A DNA stretch of 64,000 bases from Alphaproteobacteria bacterium (lineage in GTDB: Bacteria > Pseudomonadota > Alphaproteobacteria > G965222575): the NCBI GenBank assembly GCA_965222575.1, contig OZ244958.1, positions 1 to 64,000 on the forward strand. The letters are read 5' to 3'. Below the pieces are notes generated by a model, which was not told the origin of the DNA, did no database searches, and saw only the letters and a list, made by a program, of their open reading frames with translations. Positions 12,672 through 23,057 of this stretch are shown piece by piece; the first letter of the stretch is position 1, and every line of letters begins with the position of its first letter. Both the position numbers and the translations under genes were made by a program.

Positions 12672-13331
12672 TTACCCTTCCTCAGAAGGGGGGGCTTTTT
12701 TTTCTTTCGACCCTCCCCCTCCCACTTCTTCTTCTGCTGCTTCTTGCTTCAATAGCGCCTCTTTCGCCTTCCCCACTCCTTCCCAAGGACTCAACATATC
12801 ATAGGTCCGGTAATTCTGATCTAATGACACCGGCTGATAGAGAACTCTCCCCTCTCCTTCATCATAGCGAATCTCTTTATGGCCCGTGAGAGGAAAATCT
12901 TTGCGCAAGGGATGACCTTCAAACCCATAATCCGTCAAAATCCGCCGCAAATCCGGATGAGAGCTAAACAGTATCCCATACATATCCCACACCTCCCGCT
13001 CAAACCAATTAGCACAAGAAAATACCTCCACCACAGACGGCACAGTCACTCCCTCCTCTATGGGAAGTCGGATCCGAATACGCATATTAAAGCTCATAGA
13101 CAACAGGTGATACACAACATCAAAACGCTTCACCCGCTCTGGAGTGTCCACAGCGCAAATATCAAGCAATTGTGTAAAGGCGCATTTCGCATCATCCCGC
13201 AAAAATACTAACACAGACTCCAAGCTCCCTTTGTCCTCTAGTACCATCTCCAACTGCTCCTCGTACCTTAACTCAAACGCCTGATTGGGAAGGGCGGTTT
13301 TCAACCACTTGATAACAGCAGAGTAAGTCAT
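12672..13331 (-). CDS. nuoC: NADH-quinone oxidoreductase subunit C
   Basis: [35 protein letters not shown]; start uncertain (13331 or 13388). Confidence 0.96.
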   Translation of the reverse strand: MTYSAVIKWLKTALPNQAFELRYEEQLEMVLEDKGSLESVLVFLRDDAKCAFTQLLDICAVDTPERVKRFDVVYHLLSMSFNMRIRIRLPIEEGVTVPSVVEVFSCANWFEREVWDMYGILFSSHPDLRRILTDYGFEGHPLRKDFPLTGHKEIRYDEGEGRVLYQPVSLDQNYRTYDMLSPWEGVGKAKEALLKQEAAEEEVGGGGSKEKKAPPSEEG

Positions 13332-13339
13332 AGCATCTG

Positions 13340-13882
13340 TTATCTTTGTAAGAGAGTCTTCGTTTGACGAATTTTCTTCTGTAAACACAAAATACCATAC
13401 ACCAACGCTTCCGCTGTCGGAGGACAGCCCGGTACATAAACATCAACAGGAATCACCGTATCACAACCTCTCACCACACTATAAGAATAGTGATAATACC
13501 CCCCTCCATTAGCACAAGACCCCATGGAAATCACATAACGCGGCGCAGGCATCTGGTCATAAACTTTCCTCAAAGGTAACGCCATCTTGTTGGTGAGCGT
13601 CCCAGCGACAATCATCACATCAGATTGTCTAGGAGACCCCCGTGGCACCATCCCTAATCTATCTAAGTCATAACGCGGCATATACGCATGTATCATCTCC
13701 ACCGCACAGCACGCAAGACCAAAAGTCATGGGCCAAAGAGACCCACTCCTAGCCCATTGAGATAATTTCTCCAGAGACGATAACACAAACCCTTGCTGCG
13801 CAAACCCTTCCTCTTCCACAAACAGCGCGCTACTGAACGCACTACTCTTGTTCAGTTCCACTCCAGTGCTCCTTTCTTCCAC
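13340..13882 (-). CDS. nuoB: NADH-quinone oxidoreductase subunit B
   Basis: [27 protein letters not shown]; start may be the GTG at 13861. Confidence 0.97.
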   Translation of the reverse strand: MEERSTGVELNKSSAFSSALFVEEEGFAQQGFVLSSLEKLSQWARSGSLWPMTFGLACCAVEMIHAYMPRYDLDRLGMVPRGSPRQSDVMIVAGTLTNKMALPLRKVYDQMPAPRYVISMGSCANGGGYYHYSYSVVRGCDTVIPVDVYVPGCPPTAEALVYGILCLQKKIRQTKTLLQR

Positions 13883-14226
13883 TCATAGACAAATCCAATG
13901 GTCAAAATTACCAAAAATACCACCACAGATACAAACCCAAACACCCCTATCTCCCTAAGAGAAACAGCCCAAGGAAATAATAACGCAACCTCAAGGTCAA
14001 AAATAATAAACAAAATGGCCACAAGATAAAAACGGATATCAAATTGCTCAGAAGGGCGCCCGAATGGATCAAATCCCGATTCGTAAGAAGACAATTTTTG
14101 CGCATCTGCTTCTTTCGGAGAAAGCATAAAAGAGAGACCCAAAGCTCCTAATGCTACCACCAACGCTAACAGGAAAAAAATAGCAATGGAAAGATAAGGT
14201 AAGAGAAAAGTCATCATTTGCCGCAC
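13852..14226 (-). CDS. nuoA: NADH-quinone oxidoreductase subunit A
   Basis: [24 protein letters not shown]. Confidence 0.97.
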   Translation of the reverse strand: MRQMMTFLLPYLSIAIFFLLALVVALGALGLSFMLSPKEADAQKLSSYESGFDPFGRPSEQFDIRFYLVAILFIIFDLEVALLFPWAVSLREIGVFGFVSVVVFLVILTIGFVYEWKKGALEWN

Positions 14227-14301
14227 CCTTGTTTTTAGGCTATCATCATATCTTCGCCCCTCTTCAGTAAATCATCTTCCATCCCCTTACACAAGAATTT
14301 T

Positions 14302-14976
14302 ATGCCACAGCAACTCCTTGTATACACCCAGCGTTTTGAAGATATTTCAAAAACCATTACCGCACTCTCAAAACAGACCACCATCATCGCCGTTAGCAAA
14401 ACCCAATCTCCTCAAAAAATACAAGATATGATGACAGCAGGCGTCTTAAATTTCGGTGAAAACCGCATGCAAGAAACGAAAAAAAAATGGCCCCCTCTCC
14501 TGAAAACTTCTCCTCATGTACGTCTGCACTTTATCGGCCAACTACAGAGCAACAAAGCCTACGACGCTGTCACCCTCTGTCATCTGATTCACACTATCGA
14601 TAGACCTTCCTTAGTCAAACAACTAGCTCTTGCCATGGACAAAATAGGCAAACGTCCCCGCTGCTTCCTCCAAGTCAATACAGGAAAAGAAAAGAAAAAA
14701 GGAGGGGTGCTAGAAACCCAATTAGAAAAATTGTGGCGCTACACGCAAAAATGTGCACTCCCCATTGTAGGTCTCATGGGTATGCCACCAGCACACCAAG
14801 ACCCAAAACCTCATTTTCACTTGCTACGAAAATGGCAAAAACGTCTTGCTCTGCCTCACTTAAGTATCGGTATGAGCCAAGACTATATAGAAGCAGTCAA
14901 CGCCGGTAGCACTTATGTCCGCATCGGCACGGCTCTCTTCGGAAAACGACTACCTGAAGATAAAATCCTGTCCTAA
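14302..14976 (+). CDS. yggS: PLP homeostasis protein, YggS family
   Basis: AVSK (PLP lysine), FGEN, HFIGQLQSNK, LSIGMS.D, RIGTALFG. Confidence 0.95.
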   Translation: MPQQLLVYTQRFEDISKTITALSKQTTIIAVSKTQSPQKIQDMMTAGVLNFGENRMQETKKKWPPLLKTSPHVRLHFIGQLQSNKAYDAVTLCHLIHTIDRPSLVKQLALAMDKIGKRPRCFLQVNTGKEKKKGGVLETQLEKLWRYTQKCALPIVGLMGMPPAHQDPKPHFHLLRKWQKRLALPHLSIGMSQDYIEAVNAGSTYVRIGTALFGKRLPEDKILS

Positions 14977-15681
14977 AAATACCTCTCTAACCTTCTCATC
15001 CTCTACAATTTCGTCAGGCGTTCCGGAAGACACAAGTTGTCCCTTATGCAAAACATACCCTCTATCAATAACTTTCAATGCTTCATAAACATTATGGTCT
15101 GTTATCAAAATACCAAGACCGCGCTTCTTCAGCTTTTCTATCACCAAAGTCACTTCCCCCACTGCCACCGGGTCTACGCCAGCTAAGGGCTCATCAAGAA
15201 GAAAAAAGAAAGGGTCTGCTGCTAATGCACGCACAACCTCTCCGCGCCTCTTCTCTCCTCCAGACAATAATTCCACACGCGTAGACCGTACATGGTGAAG
15301 AGAAAATTCCAAGAGCAACTCCTCCAGCTTCTCATAACGCTTCTTCTTATCCTTTTCCCAAAACTCCAACACAGACAGTATATTTTCCTCCACACTCATC
15401 CCAAGAAATAATGACTTTTCCTGCGGTAAATAACTCAACCCCAGTCGCGCCCGTTGATACAACGGCAATCCCGAAATGTCCGTCCCATCTAAAAATACGG
15501 TCTCCTCCGTCAAGGTCAGTCCCGCTATAGCGTAAAACGCTGTCGTCTTCCCAGCACCATTAGGCCCCAATAACCCAACAACCTCCCCCCTCTTCACCTC
15601 CATACACAAATCAAACAATACCTGCCTCTTGCGATAAAAAGTGGATAAATGACGAACCTCCAATGTCATATCCTTCCTCAC
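14950..15681 (-). CDS. lptB: LPS export ABC transporter ATP-binding protein
   Basis: GLLGPNGAGKTT, YLPQE, LSGGE, LLDEPLAGVDP, ILITDHNV. Confidence 0.95.
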   Translation of the reverse strand: MRKDMTLEVRHLSTFYRKRQVLFDLCMEVKRGEVVGLLGPNGAGKTTAFYAIAGLTLTEETVFLDGTDISGLPLYQRARLGLSYLPQEKSLFLGMSVEENILSVLEFWEKDKKKRYEKLEELLLEFSLHHVRSTRVELLSGGEKRRGEVVRALAADPFFFLLDEPLAGVDPVAVGEVTLVIEKLKKRGLGILITDHNVYEALKVIDRGYVLHKGQLVSSGTPDEIVEDEKVREVFLGQDFIFR

Positions 15682-16172
15682 TCAAGAGACTCTATCTTAA
15701 CCGACCCCAACGCCTCAAAAGACCCTTCCTCATAATTTATCACAACCTTGTCCGAAAAAAATACACGCTTCACACGCCTATCAATCACCTTCACATTCCC
15801 GCTCACAATAACTGTCTTCTTCTGAAAATCACATACCAATTTCTCACCCTCAACCTCAATAAAATCCCCCCAAATCCCCTTTAACCCCCCCTCCGCCTCA
15901 ATCATAATAGGCTTCGAAAACCGCAGCCGCTTCGCCTCACGGTCAAACAAATCATACTCCAAAATAATCCGCAGACTACCAGCCGATAACCTAGTCTTCT
16001 CCCCATAACGCAAAACAGGACCCTCCCGCACCTCAAGAACACGACCAGAAATCTGCAATACCCCAGCCTCAAGAGAAAAATCTTCCCCCAACTCTAACAT
16101 CTCTTGCCCCTCTAATACCCCCCAGAACAATAAACTCAACCCACACAAAATAACAAAACTAATCCGCATCAA
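15678..16172 (-). CDS. LptA/OstA-like protein (divergent)
   Basis: Signal peptide, beta-rich, SGNVKV motif, position between lptC-like gene and lptB. Confidence 0.55.
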   Translation of the reverse strand: MMRISFVILCGLSLLFWGVLEGQEMLELGEDFSLEAGVLQISGRVLEVREGPVLRYGEKTRLSAGSLRIILEYDLFDREAKRLRFSKPIMIEAEGGLKGIWGDFIEVEGEKLVCDFQKKTVIVSGNVKVIDRRVKRVFFSDKVVINYEEGSFEALGSVKIESLE

Positions 16173-16806
16173 CCCGAACCTCTACCCCATGCCTAGCAAG
16201 AACCTCCCACGAAACAACATCAATCTCTAAATACCGTAGCCTCCCCCGCACCCTCTGCCGATACACCCCCTCCATCTTCCCTTCTAAAATTACCCGACTC
16301 TCCAAAAAAGAAACCCCCAACTCCTCCGCCCGCACAGATACTTCCCGCACATGATCTTCTACTTCTACAAAATCTTCAATAAATCCTACCTCCTTCCCAA
16401 TATCAATCTCTATCCCACTTCCTCTCAAAGTATATTCCCCCACCCCATCCCTTGCAGTTGTAAACATAAGATTCTCAAACCTCACCTGCCTCTCCTTCAC
16501 CCCACCGCTCACAAAATCCATCTCCCCCTCCCCCACACGAGACACCCCACCATAAGAATACACAGACGCCTGTACCCCCTCTAAAGAAAAACCCCCCTTC
16601 CTATCAAAAGTTAACTCCTCAAAAACAAACCCTTCCATCCTCTCCTCAATCCCTCTCATCACCATCATCCCAAAAGACCACAATACCAAAACTACACCCC
16701 CTACAATACTCCCTCTACGCAATAAACGCCGACGCAAAGACCACCTCATAGCCCAATGACTAATCTCCTGACTCCTATCCGCTTTTTTAAAGCCTAAGCT
16801 AGACAT
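16159..16806 (-). CDS. LptC-like protein (divergent)
   Basis: Basic N-terminus, single TM, beta-rich periplasmic part; rnd-lptC-lptA-lptB synteny typical of alphaproteobacteria. Confidence 0.5.
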   Translation of the reverse strand: MSSLGFKKADRSQEISHWAMRWSLRRRLLRRGSIVGGVVLVLWSFGMMVMRGIEERMEGFVFEELTFDRKGGFSLEGVQASVYSYGGVSRVGEGEMDFVSGGVKERQVRFENLMFTTARDGVGEYTLRGSGIEIDIGKEVGFIEDFVEVEDHVREVSVRAEELGVSFLESRVILEGKMEGVYRQRVRGRLRYLEIDVVSWEVLARHGVEVRVDAD

Positions 16807-16810
16807 ATCG

Positions 16811-17470
16811 TCACCTCGTCGTATGAGAAAAAATATCCTCTTCTTCCCAACCAGCAACATCAAGAAGAGACCGATACGGCAAAAAATCAAAGGCAGCCTT
16901 CACAAAATGAACACGACTCTCTCTGTGCAACATCTCATCTAACACCAGCACAAGATCATGCAAGTGCAACACATCACAAGCCGCATAAATCATCTGCTCA
17001 GACGTTATCTCCTCGCGCCCCCAATCAGAATCTTGCTGCTTCTTAGAAATGTCTACCCCCAACAAAGTACGACATAAATCTTTCAAAGAATGGCGGTCAG
17101 TGTAAGTACGCGCAAGTCGAGAGGCAATCTTCGTACAATACACAGACTGACAAAGTACTCCAAAAGTTTCATACAAAATACCAATATCAAAGCGCGCAAA
17201 ATGAAAAATCTTCGTAACAGAAGAATCCCGCAAAAGAGACTGTAAACGCGGCGCTTCCTTTTGTCCCTTTTTCACTCGTACCAAGTACACCTCCCCCTCC
17301 CCATTGTAAACCTGTACCAAACACAACCTATCACGACCCCGAAACCGTAACCCCATAGCCTCCGTATCAACAGCTACGCTACTAGCAGATTCATACCCCG
17401 GCGGCAAATCTCCCTCATAAAGAGTAATCTGTTTATCTCTATGATTTATAGAAGCCTTCTTCATCCTCAT
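16811..17470 (-). CDS. rnd: ribonuclease D-like 3'-5' exonuclease
   Basis: AVDTE, RDRLCLVQ, KIFHFARFD, CTKIASRL, YAACDV (DEDD family). Confidence 0.9.
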   Translation of the reverse strand: MRMKKASINHRDKQITLYEGDLPPGYESASSVAVDTEAMGLRFRGRDRLCLVQVYNGEGEVYLVRVKKGQKEAPRLQSLLRDSSVTKIFHFARFDIGILYETFGVLCQSVYCTKIASRLARTYTDRHSLKDLCRTLLGVDISKKQQDSDWGREEITSEQMIYAACDVLHLHDLVLVLDEMLHRESRVHFVKAAFDFLPYRSLLDVAGWEEEDIFSHTTR

Positions 17471-17556
17471 CCCTAATCATACGTTATAAAGCGACACAAT
17501 GCTTAGCGTGCTCTGAATACTAATCACAAGAGAGGAAAAAAGTAAAGAGCGAACTG

Positions 17557-17586
17557 TTGACAAAGGCACACCCTTTATCATATTCT
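17557..17586 (+). promoter_or_regulatory. putative sigma70 promoter of infC
   Basis: TTGACA (17557-62) N18 TATTCT (17581-86). Confidence 0.5.
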
Positions 17587-17695
17587 AGTACTTCCATTAG
17601 CGATACCTAAATTAGAAAGACAATCTTAAAGACTCAAAAAGACCTGTCAAGAATAAGGAACGTTTCATGTTAAATCCGACTTTACCTCTTACCAC

Positions 17696-18190
17696 GTGCG
17701 CGTAAACACAGGTATTACAGCGACAACGATTCGTCTCATAGGCCCAAAGGGTGAAAATCACGGTATCGTACCATTAAGTCAGGCCTTGGGGATGGCTAAA
17801 GAATCCGGCCTTGACCTGATTGAAATCGTGCCTGATGAAAAACCGCCTGTTTGTAAAATCTCCAATTTTGGCAGGTTTAAGTACCACGTCCAAAAAAAAG
17901 CGGCCCTTGCCAAAAAAAAGCAAAAATCTCTACAAATTAAAGAAATAAAGCTACGTCCTAACATCAGCGAGCACGACTACCAAGTCAAGTTTCGCGCCAT
18001 TAGTCGATTCTTACAAGAGGGGCACAAGGTAAAAGTCACCCTTCAATTCCGAGGGCGAGAACTGCTACACCAAGAACTAGGACTCAATCTTCTCAACCGC
18101 TTAAGCGAAGACCTTCCCTCTACAGCTAAAATCGACAGACCCGCTACCATGGAAGGCCGGTACGCCAACATGATTCTCTCACCAGCATGA
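17696..18190 (+). CDS. infC: translation initiation factor IF-3
   Basis: LDLIEI..PPVCKI, KEIKLRPNI..HDY..K, KVKVTLQFRGRE; true start uncertain. Confidence 0.96.
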   Translation: MRVNTGITATTIRLIGPKGENHGIVPLSQALGMAKESGLDLIEIVPDEKPPVCKISNFGRFKYHVQKKAALAKKKQKSLQIKEIKLRPNISEHDYQVKFRAISRFLQEGHKVKVTLQFRGRELLHQELGLNLLNRLSEDLPSTAKIDRPATMEGRYANMILSPA

Positions 18191-19188
18191 CAAAAATCCT
18201 CCTCTTCCTAGTAGGACTGCTGTTTCTCTTTCCTCAAGAGGGGAATAGTAGCGCCAATATTCTCTTATATCACAGATTCGGAGAAGACAATAAACCGTCA
18301 ACAAGTGTTACCTTAGAACAATTTGAAGCCCACCTCCAAGAGCTAAAATGGGGGGGGTATGCCCTTTGGCCCTTGGATGCCCTCATAGATCACCTCCGCT
18401 CCAAACAACAAATTCCAGATAAAACAGTCGTTCTCACTGTGGATGATGCCTTCATTAGCACTTATACAGTCGCTTGGCCCCTCTTGAAGCAATACAACAT
18501 CCCCCTCGCACTCTTCGTCGTCACCGATATGCTGGACATGAACGCCCCCGCCTACATGACATGGGACCAAGTGCGAGAACTATCCCAAGCAGGCGTCATC
18601 ATTGGCACACAGCTAGCTTCTCACCCGCACATGCCTCTTCTTTCCCTAGAAGAAAATCAGAAGGAAATTCAAAAATCAAAACAGCGTATCAAAGAGGAAA
18701 TTGGAAAATCTCCTGTATTCCTAGCCTATCCTTACGGAGAATATAGCGCCGATATTCGTAAACTTGCTGAAAAAGAAGGATTCTTAGCAGCCTTCGGACA
18801 ACATTCCGGTAGCGTTTCCCTATCCGGCAACCTGTTCGAAATCCCCAGATTCTCCATGAATATGCACTACAGTACTCTCAATCGTCTCAAACTCGTCGCT
18901 AACGCACAAAGCATTGAAATCGTAAGCTTTCTCCCCTCTAATCCTGTCTTATCTTCCGCAACGTCCGTCATAGAGATTGTCTTCCTCTCTCCCCCCTCCT
19001 ACATACAAGAAAAACTGAACTGCTACCTCTCCTCAAAGCCCATCTCCCTTGAATGGCTCACAAAAACCCATGTGCGCCTCTCTCCTCCTCCCTTCCCAAA
19101 AGGCAGAACACGTCTGAGTTGTACCTACCCCTCCGCAACTACTCCCGTCCGTTGGCATTGGCTCGGTGCACAATTCATCAGATACTAA
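18187..19188 (+). CDS. secreted polysaccharide deacetylase (CE4)
   Basis: Signal peptide, ILLYHRF, LTVDDA, H.SHPH-like QLASHPH, FLAYPYGEY. Confidence 0.9.
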   Translation: MTKILLFLVGLLFLFPQEGNSSANILLYHRFGEDNKPSTSVTLEQFEAHLQELKWGGYALWPLDALIDHLRSKQQIPDKTVVLTVDDAFISTYTVAWPLLKQYNIPLALFVVTDMLDMNAPAYMTWDQVRELSQAGVIIGTQLASHPHMPLLSLEENQKEIQKSKQRIKEEIGKSPVFLAYPYGEYSADIRKLAEKEGFLAAFGQHSGSVSLSGNLFEIPRFSMNMHYSTLNRLKLVANAQSIEIVSFLPSNPVLSSATSVIEIVFLSPPSYIQEKLNCYLSSKPISLEWLTKTHVRLSPPPFPKGRTRLSCTYPSATTPVRWHWLGAQFIRY

Positions 19189-19195
19189 ACCTCCC

Positions 19196-20083
19196 CTAAG
19201 GAGAAAACGCAGCCTCAACCAGACCATCAAAGTCTCTTAAACTCATGCCTCTTATCACCGATTGTAACAGCTGTACATAAGCCATACGCCTCTCAGAATA
19301 ATACTTCATCCCTACTGATAAAGAAAGACTATCCACAGGCTGCGAAGAAGCCCTCTGTTGCGCTCTTAAAGAACGAAATTCTTCATAAAAATGGTGGCTG
19401 TTCAGATTGAACATATAACTAACAATACTCTCCTCTAAAGACTCAAAAATACGCACCGTAAAAGAGGTCTCCTCGTTAATCCCCTCAGGTTTCATCCCCT
19501 TCTGGTGAAAAACCCGTTGCCCAAAAATCGCTTTCCCAACTTTCGTAAACCGAGAAGTCCCCCATCCAGACTCCACTGCCGCCTGAGCTAACACTAAAGA
19601 CACAGGCACAATATCTACCCTCTTAAGCAACGCCTCTCTTCCAGCAGAGGACTCTAAACCATAGGCTTCATATAAAGAATCAAGACGTTCCTGCTCTCCT
19701 GTACCCTCTACTTCCTCTAACCCCAACAGCCATACCCTATCTTCCCATATCGCCTCCTGAACCCTCAAAATCAGAGGCAATAGTGTACACACAAAAATTT
19801 GTTTCTTCTTCTTTGTTTCCAGCGACTCCATTTCTACCGGAAAAGTGTTGAGAATCGGCAATTGAATATCCTCTAGCACAGAAGCAGAACGCAACCCACC
19901 AAGGTCACACGCATAGCTATCCTCATCCCCCTTTAACACCTTACCTGCCCCCAAACGACTAATCCCCTCTTGCCAAAACAGAATGCTCACCCCTATCAAT
20001 ACAATGCCCCAGCCTCTTTGAAAAAAGAGTTTAGTCAAGTACTTGAACACCATAGCGGGCTTCACAACAATATCCCTGCTCAT
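19196..20083 (-). CDS. glucosaminidase-domain (Bax-like) peptidoglycan hydrolase
   Basis: RVDIVPVSLVLAQAAVESGWGTSRF, YMFNLNSH, YYSER. Confidence 0.9.
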   Translation of the reverse strand: MSRDIVVKPAMVFKYLTKLFFQRGWGIVLIGVSILFWQEGISRLGAGKVLKGDEDSYACDLGGLRSASVLEDIQLPILNTFPVEMESLETKKKKQIFVCTLLPLILRVQEAIWEDRVWLLGLEEVEGTGEQERLDSLYEAYGLESSAGREALLKRVDIVPVSLVLAQAAVESGWGTSRFTKVGKAIFGQRVFHQKGMKPEGINEETSFTVRIFESLEESIVSYMFNLNSHHFYEEFRSLRAQQRASSQPVDSLSLSVGMKYYSERRMAYVQLLQSVIRGMSLRDFDGLVEAAFSP

Positions 20084-20142
20084 ACTTCTATCAGAAACAC
20101 CACTATACCATGAAAACGCACCCGTTCAGAGTCCTTTTTTCT

Positions 20143-20715
20143 TCACTCCACCGGCAAGACTTCCTTCACCTCAGGAATATAGTACTTCAATAAATTTTCA
20201 ATCCCATTCTTTAAGGTAACACTGGCCGCCGGACACCCAGAACATGCTCCCTGCATATGCAAATACACGCACCCATCCTTGTATCCATGAAAAACAATAT
20301 CCCCCCCATCTCTTGCAACCGCAGGACGCACTTTACTATCCAAAAGCTCTATAATCTTCTCAACAATCTCCCTGTTCTCCTCCCCCTCCCCCTCCCCCAC
20401 CACCTTATGGGGACTCTTTCTGTCCCCCTCGTCATACAAAAGAGCCACCCCAGAGGCATAATGGTCAACAATAGCCGTCAAAATAGAAGGCTTCAAGTGC
20501 TTCCATTGCGCTTCCTCCTCCTTTGAAACAGAAATAAAATCTCCGCCAAAAAATACACCACTCACCCCCCTAATCTTAAAAAGAGCCACCGCTAAAGGAG
20601 ACACACATGCCTCTTCAACAGAAGCCACATCCAATGAACCTTCTTGCAAGACCTGTTGTCCCGGCAAAAACTTCAACGTACCAGGATTAGGAGTCGGCTC
20701 TATCTGAACAAACAT
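20143..20715 (-). CDS. NifU/NfuA-family Fe-S cluster carrier
   Basis: EPTPNPGTLKF N-domain; VRPAVARDGGD, GACSGCP. Confidence 0.95.
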   Translation of the reverse strand: MFVQIEPTPNPGTLKFLPGQQVLQEGSLDVASVEEACVSPLAVALFKIRGVSGVFFGGDFISVSKEEEAQWKHLKPSILTAIVDHYASGVALLYDEGDRKSPHKVVGEGEGEENREIVEKIIELLDSKVRPAVARDGGDIVFHGYKDGCVYLHMQGACSGCPAASVTLKNGIENLLKYYIPEVKEVLPVE

Positions 20716-20723
20716 TTTTTCCT

Positions 20724-22146
20724 TTACCCTCCATTATTCACATTCCCCAAATCAAATTCCTCATGCAAAACCTCTAAAGCACGCTTCACATCTCCCTCTT
20801 CCACCAGCACACTGATACGAATCTCAGAGGTAGAGATAAATTCAATGTTAATACCCTTTCTTCCTAAAGCCTCAAACACCCTAGCAGCTACCCCATGCTG
20901 ATAACGCATGCCAGTCCCAACAACAGAAATTTTCGCCACAGAAGTCTTCGAATATAGTCCCATCCCAAACTTGCGACATAAGGGCAACAGGAGTTCCTGT
21001 GCCTTCCCTAGTTGTGCACGCGGAAGGGTAAAGGTCATACTCGTCACCTCTCCCTGCTCAATGTTGCTTTGGGCAATCATGTCTACCAATACCTTTCTTT
21101 CCCCTAAAATCTTAAAAATCTGTCCAGAAATCCCCGACTCATTAGGGACAGAATCAAGCCTGATACTCCCCTTAGATACCGAGTGCGATATGCCTGTTAT
21201 GATTCTGTCATCCATGAGAACTGCAATCTTTCAAGTGTTTCACGATTCTCCACAATCCAGGTCCCACGCTTGTGCTTCGCAAAAGCAGACAATACCCGTA
21301 TAGGAATAGTATACCGCAACGCATACTCCACAGCAAGAGATTGTACAACTAAAGCCCCTACTGCAATCTTTCAAGTGTTTCACGATTCTCCACAATCCAG
21401 GTCCCACGCTTGTGCTTCGCAAAAGCAGACAATACCCGTATAGGAATAGTGTACCGCAACGCATACTCCACAGCAAGAGATTGTACAACTAAAGCCCCTA
21501 AAGAAGATAACTCCAGCATTTCCTGATAGGAGATTCCGTAAATGCGGACAGCTTGCGGGAGAATTGTAGGATCGGCTGTAAACACCCCATCCACATCTGT
21601 GTAAAGCTCACAGATAGAAGCCTTTAGAAATCGTGTTAACACCACCGCCGTCAAATCAGAACCTCCACGCCTCAATACCGTAAGCCGCCCCTGGGCATCA
21701 CTCCCCTGAAACCCCGTCACAACAGGGACACCCCCTTTTTTCATCAATACATCAAGGTCTTGTACATCTACCTCCCCCACTTCCGCAGCATGAGCACAAG
21801 AATTCGTCCTAATAGGTAATTGCCACCCCAGATAAGACCGCGACACAAGCCCTAAAGACTGTAGCGTCAATGCCATCAATCCCGCCGCCACTTGTTCTCC
21901 AGAAGACACAACAGACGCATACTCATAATCCGCCTCCGTTTCCCCCAACTCCCCCAATCCTTCTATCCGCTTAACCATAGAAATTAACCGCCCCGTCTCC
22001 CCAGCCATAGCAGACACCACAACCGTTATCTCATGACCAGCCCTCACCGCCTGCACAACCCGTAAAGCCGCCTGCCTCATAATCCGCAAAGACGATACAG
22101 AAGTCCCCCCAAACTTCATCACAAATCTTCCCATATATCTCCTCAC
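20724..22146 (-). pseudogene. lysC: aspartate kinase split into kinase ORF (21358-22146) and ACT-domain ORF (20724-21215)
   Basis: KFGGTSV, VVVSAM, GGSD and YTDVDGV in the upstream ORF; AKISVVGTGM and ISTSEIRIS in the downstream ORF; separated by a 140-bp tandem duplication and out of frame. Confidence 0.8.
21221..21500. repeat. 140-bp tandem duplication inside lysC
   Basis: 21221-21360 and 21361-21500 identical except A21311/G21451. Confidence 0.97.
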
Positions 22147-22233
22147 TATCCACCTCGCCCTTGTTTGCTAAAGCAAGAGCATGTTATATTGTTTCTACAA
22201 TATCTGTTTTTTCTCAAAAAGAAAAAAGAAATT

Positions 22234-22944
22234 ATGCAACCCTCTTTCTCAGACCAAGCCTCCTCTTGGTGGGACCCCAAAGGACTCTTACACAGCCTCC
22301 ATCTTGTCCGCTTATCCTTTCTCATTCCTTACCTCAAAAACACCTTCTCCTCCGCTCATTCCTCTCTCCCCTTAAAAGATATCACCATCCTAGACTTCGG
22401 CTGCGGCGGCGGGCTACTGTGCGAACCTCTTGCAAGACTAGGTGCCATCGTCACAGGAGTCGATAAATCACAAGAACTCATTTCTGTCGCTTCAGAACAC
22501 CAACAAACCTTCTCTCCCCTGCACCCCATCACCTATCAAGTCGCTTCACACCCCAACACTATCACCCCCCGTAACAAAACCTTCAATATCGTCATGGCAC
22601 TGGATGTCCTCGAACACACTGATAACCCTAAAGACTATTTGCGCACTCTAGGAAAGCGCGTGTCCAAAGGCGGGCACCTCATCCTCTCAGGGCCTAATAG
22701 AACCATTCCAAGCTATCTCGGCGTCATTGTCGCCATGGAATACCTCTTCCAACGCCTACCAGTCGGTACACACCAATGGAAAACATTCTTAAAACCCTCT
22801 GAAATTATCAACCTCCTCGAACCCCTACACTTCAAACCTCGTGCTGCTAGAGGCGTTTCCTTCTCCCTCAAAGACAGAACATTGTGCCTAAGCCACAAAA
22901 CCAATATTCACTATATCCTCTGCACCAAACATACCCCCTCCTAG
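22234..22944 (+). CDS. ubiG: ubiquinone biosynthesis O-methyltransferase
   Basis: WWDPKG, ILDFGCGGGLLCEPLARLGA, LPVGTHQWKTFLKPSE; start MQPSF preferred. Confidence 0.92.
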   Translation: MQPSFSDQASSWWDPKGLLHSLHLVRLSFLIPYLKNTFSSAHSSLPLKDITILDFGCGGGLLCEPLARLGAIVTGVDKSQELISVASEHQQTFSPLHPITYQVASHPNTITPRNKTFNIVMALDVLEHTDNPKDYLRTLGKRVSKGGHLILSGPNRTIPSYLGVIVAMEYLFQRLPVGTHQWKTFLKPSEIINLLEPLHFKPRAARGVSFSLKDRTLCLSHKTNIHYILCTKHTPS

Positions 22945-23057
22945 CCCCTAAATCTTCCCGTCCCCACGGACTCCTATAAGCCTGCTCTTCCTTCCATAAA
23001 CAAAGATTTAATCTCTTGAAAATATGATGAAAGAACGAAAATTCTTTCTTCCACGTT

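Noticed and set aside
21183-21488. Small ORFs of 82-86 aa in the lysC duplication
   Set aside because: Alternative frames of the duplicated lysC segment
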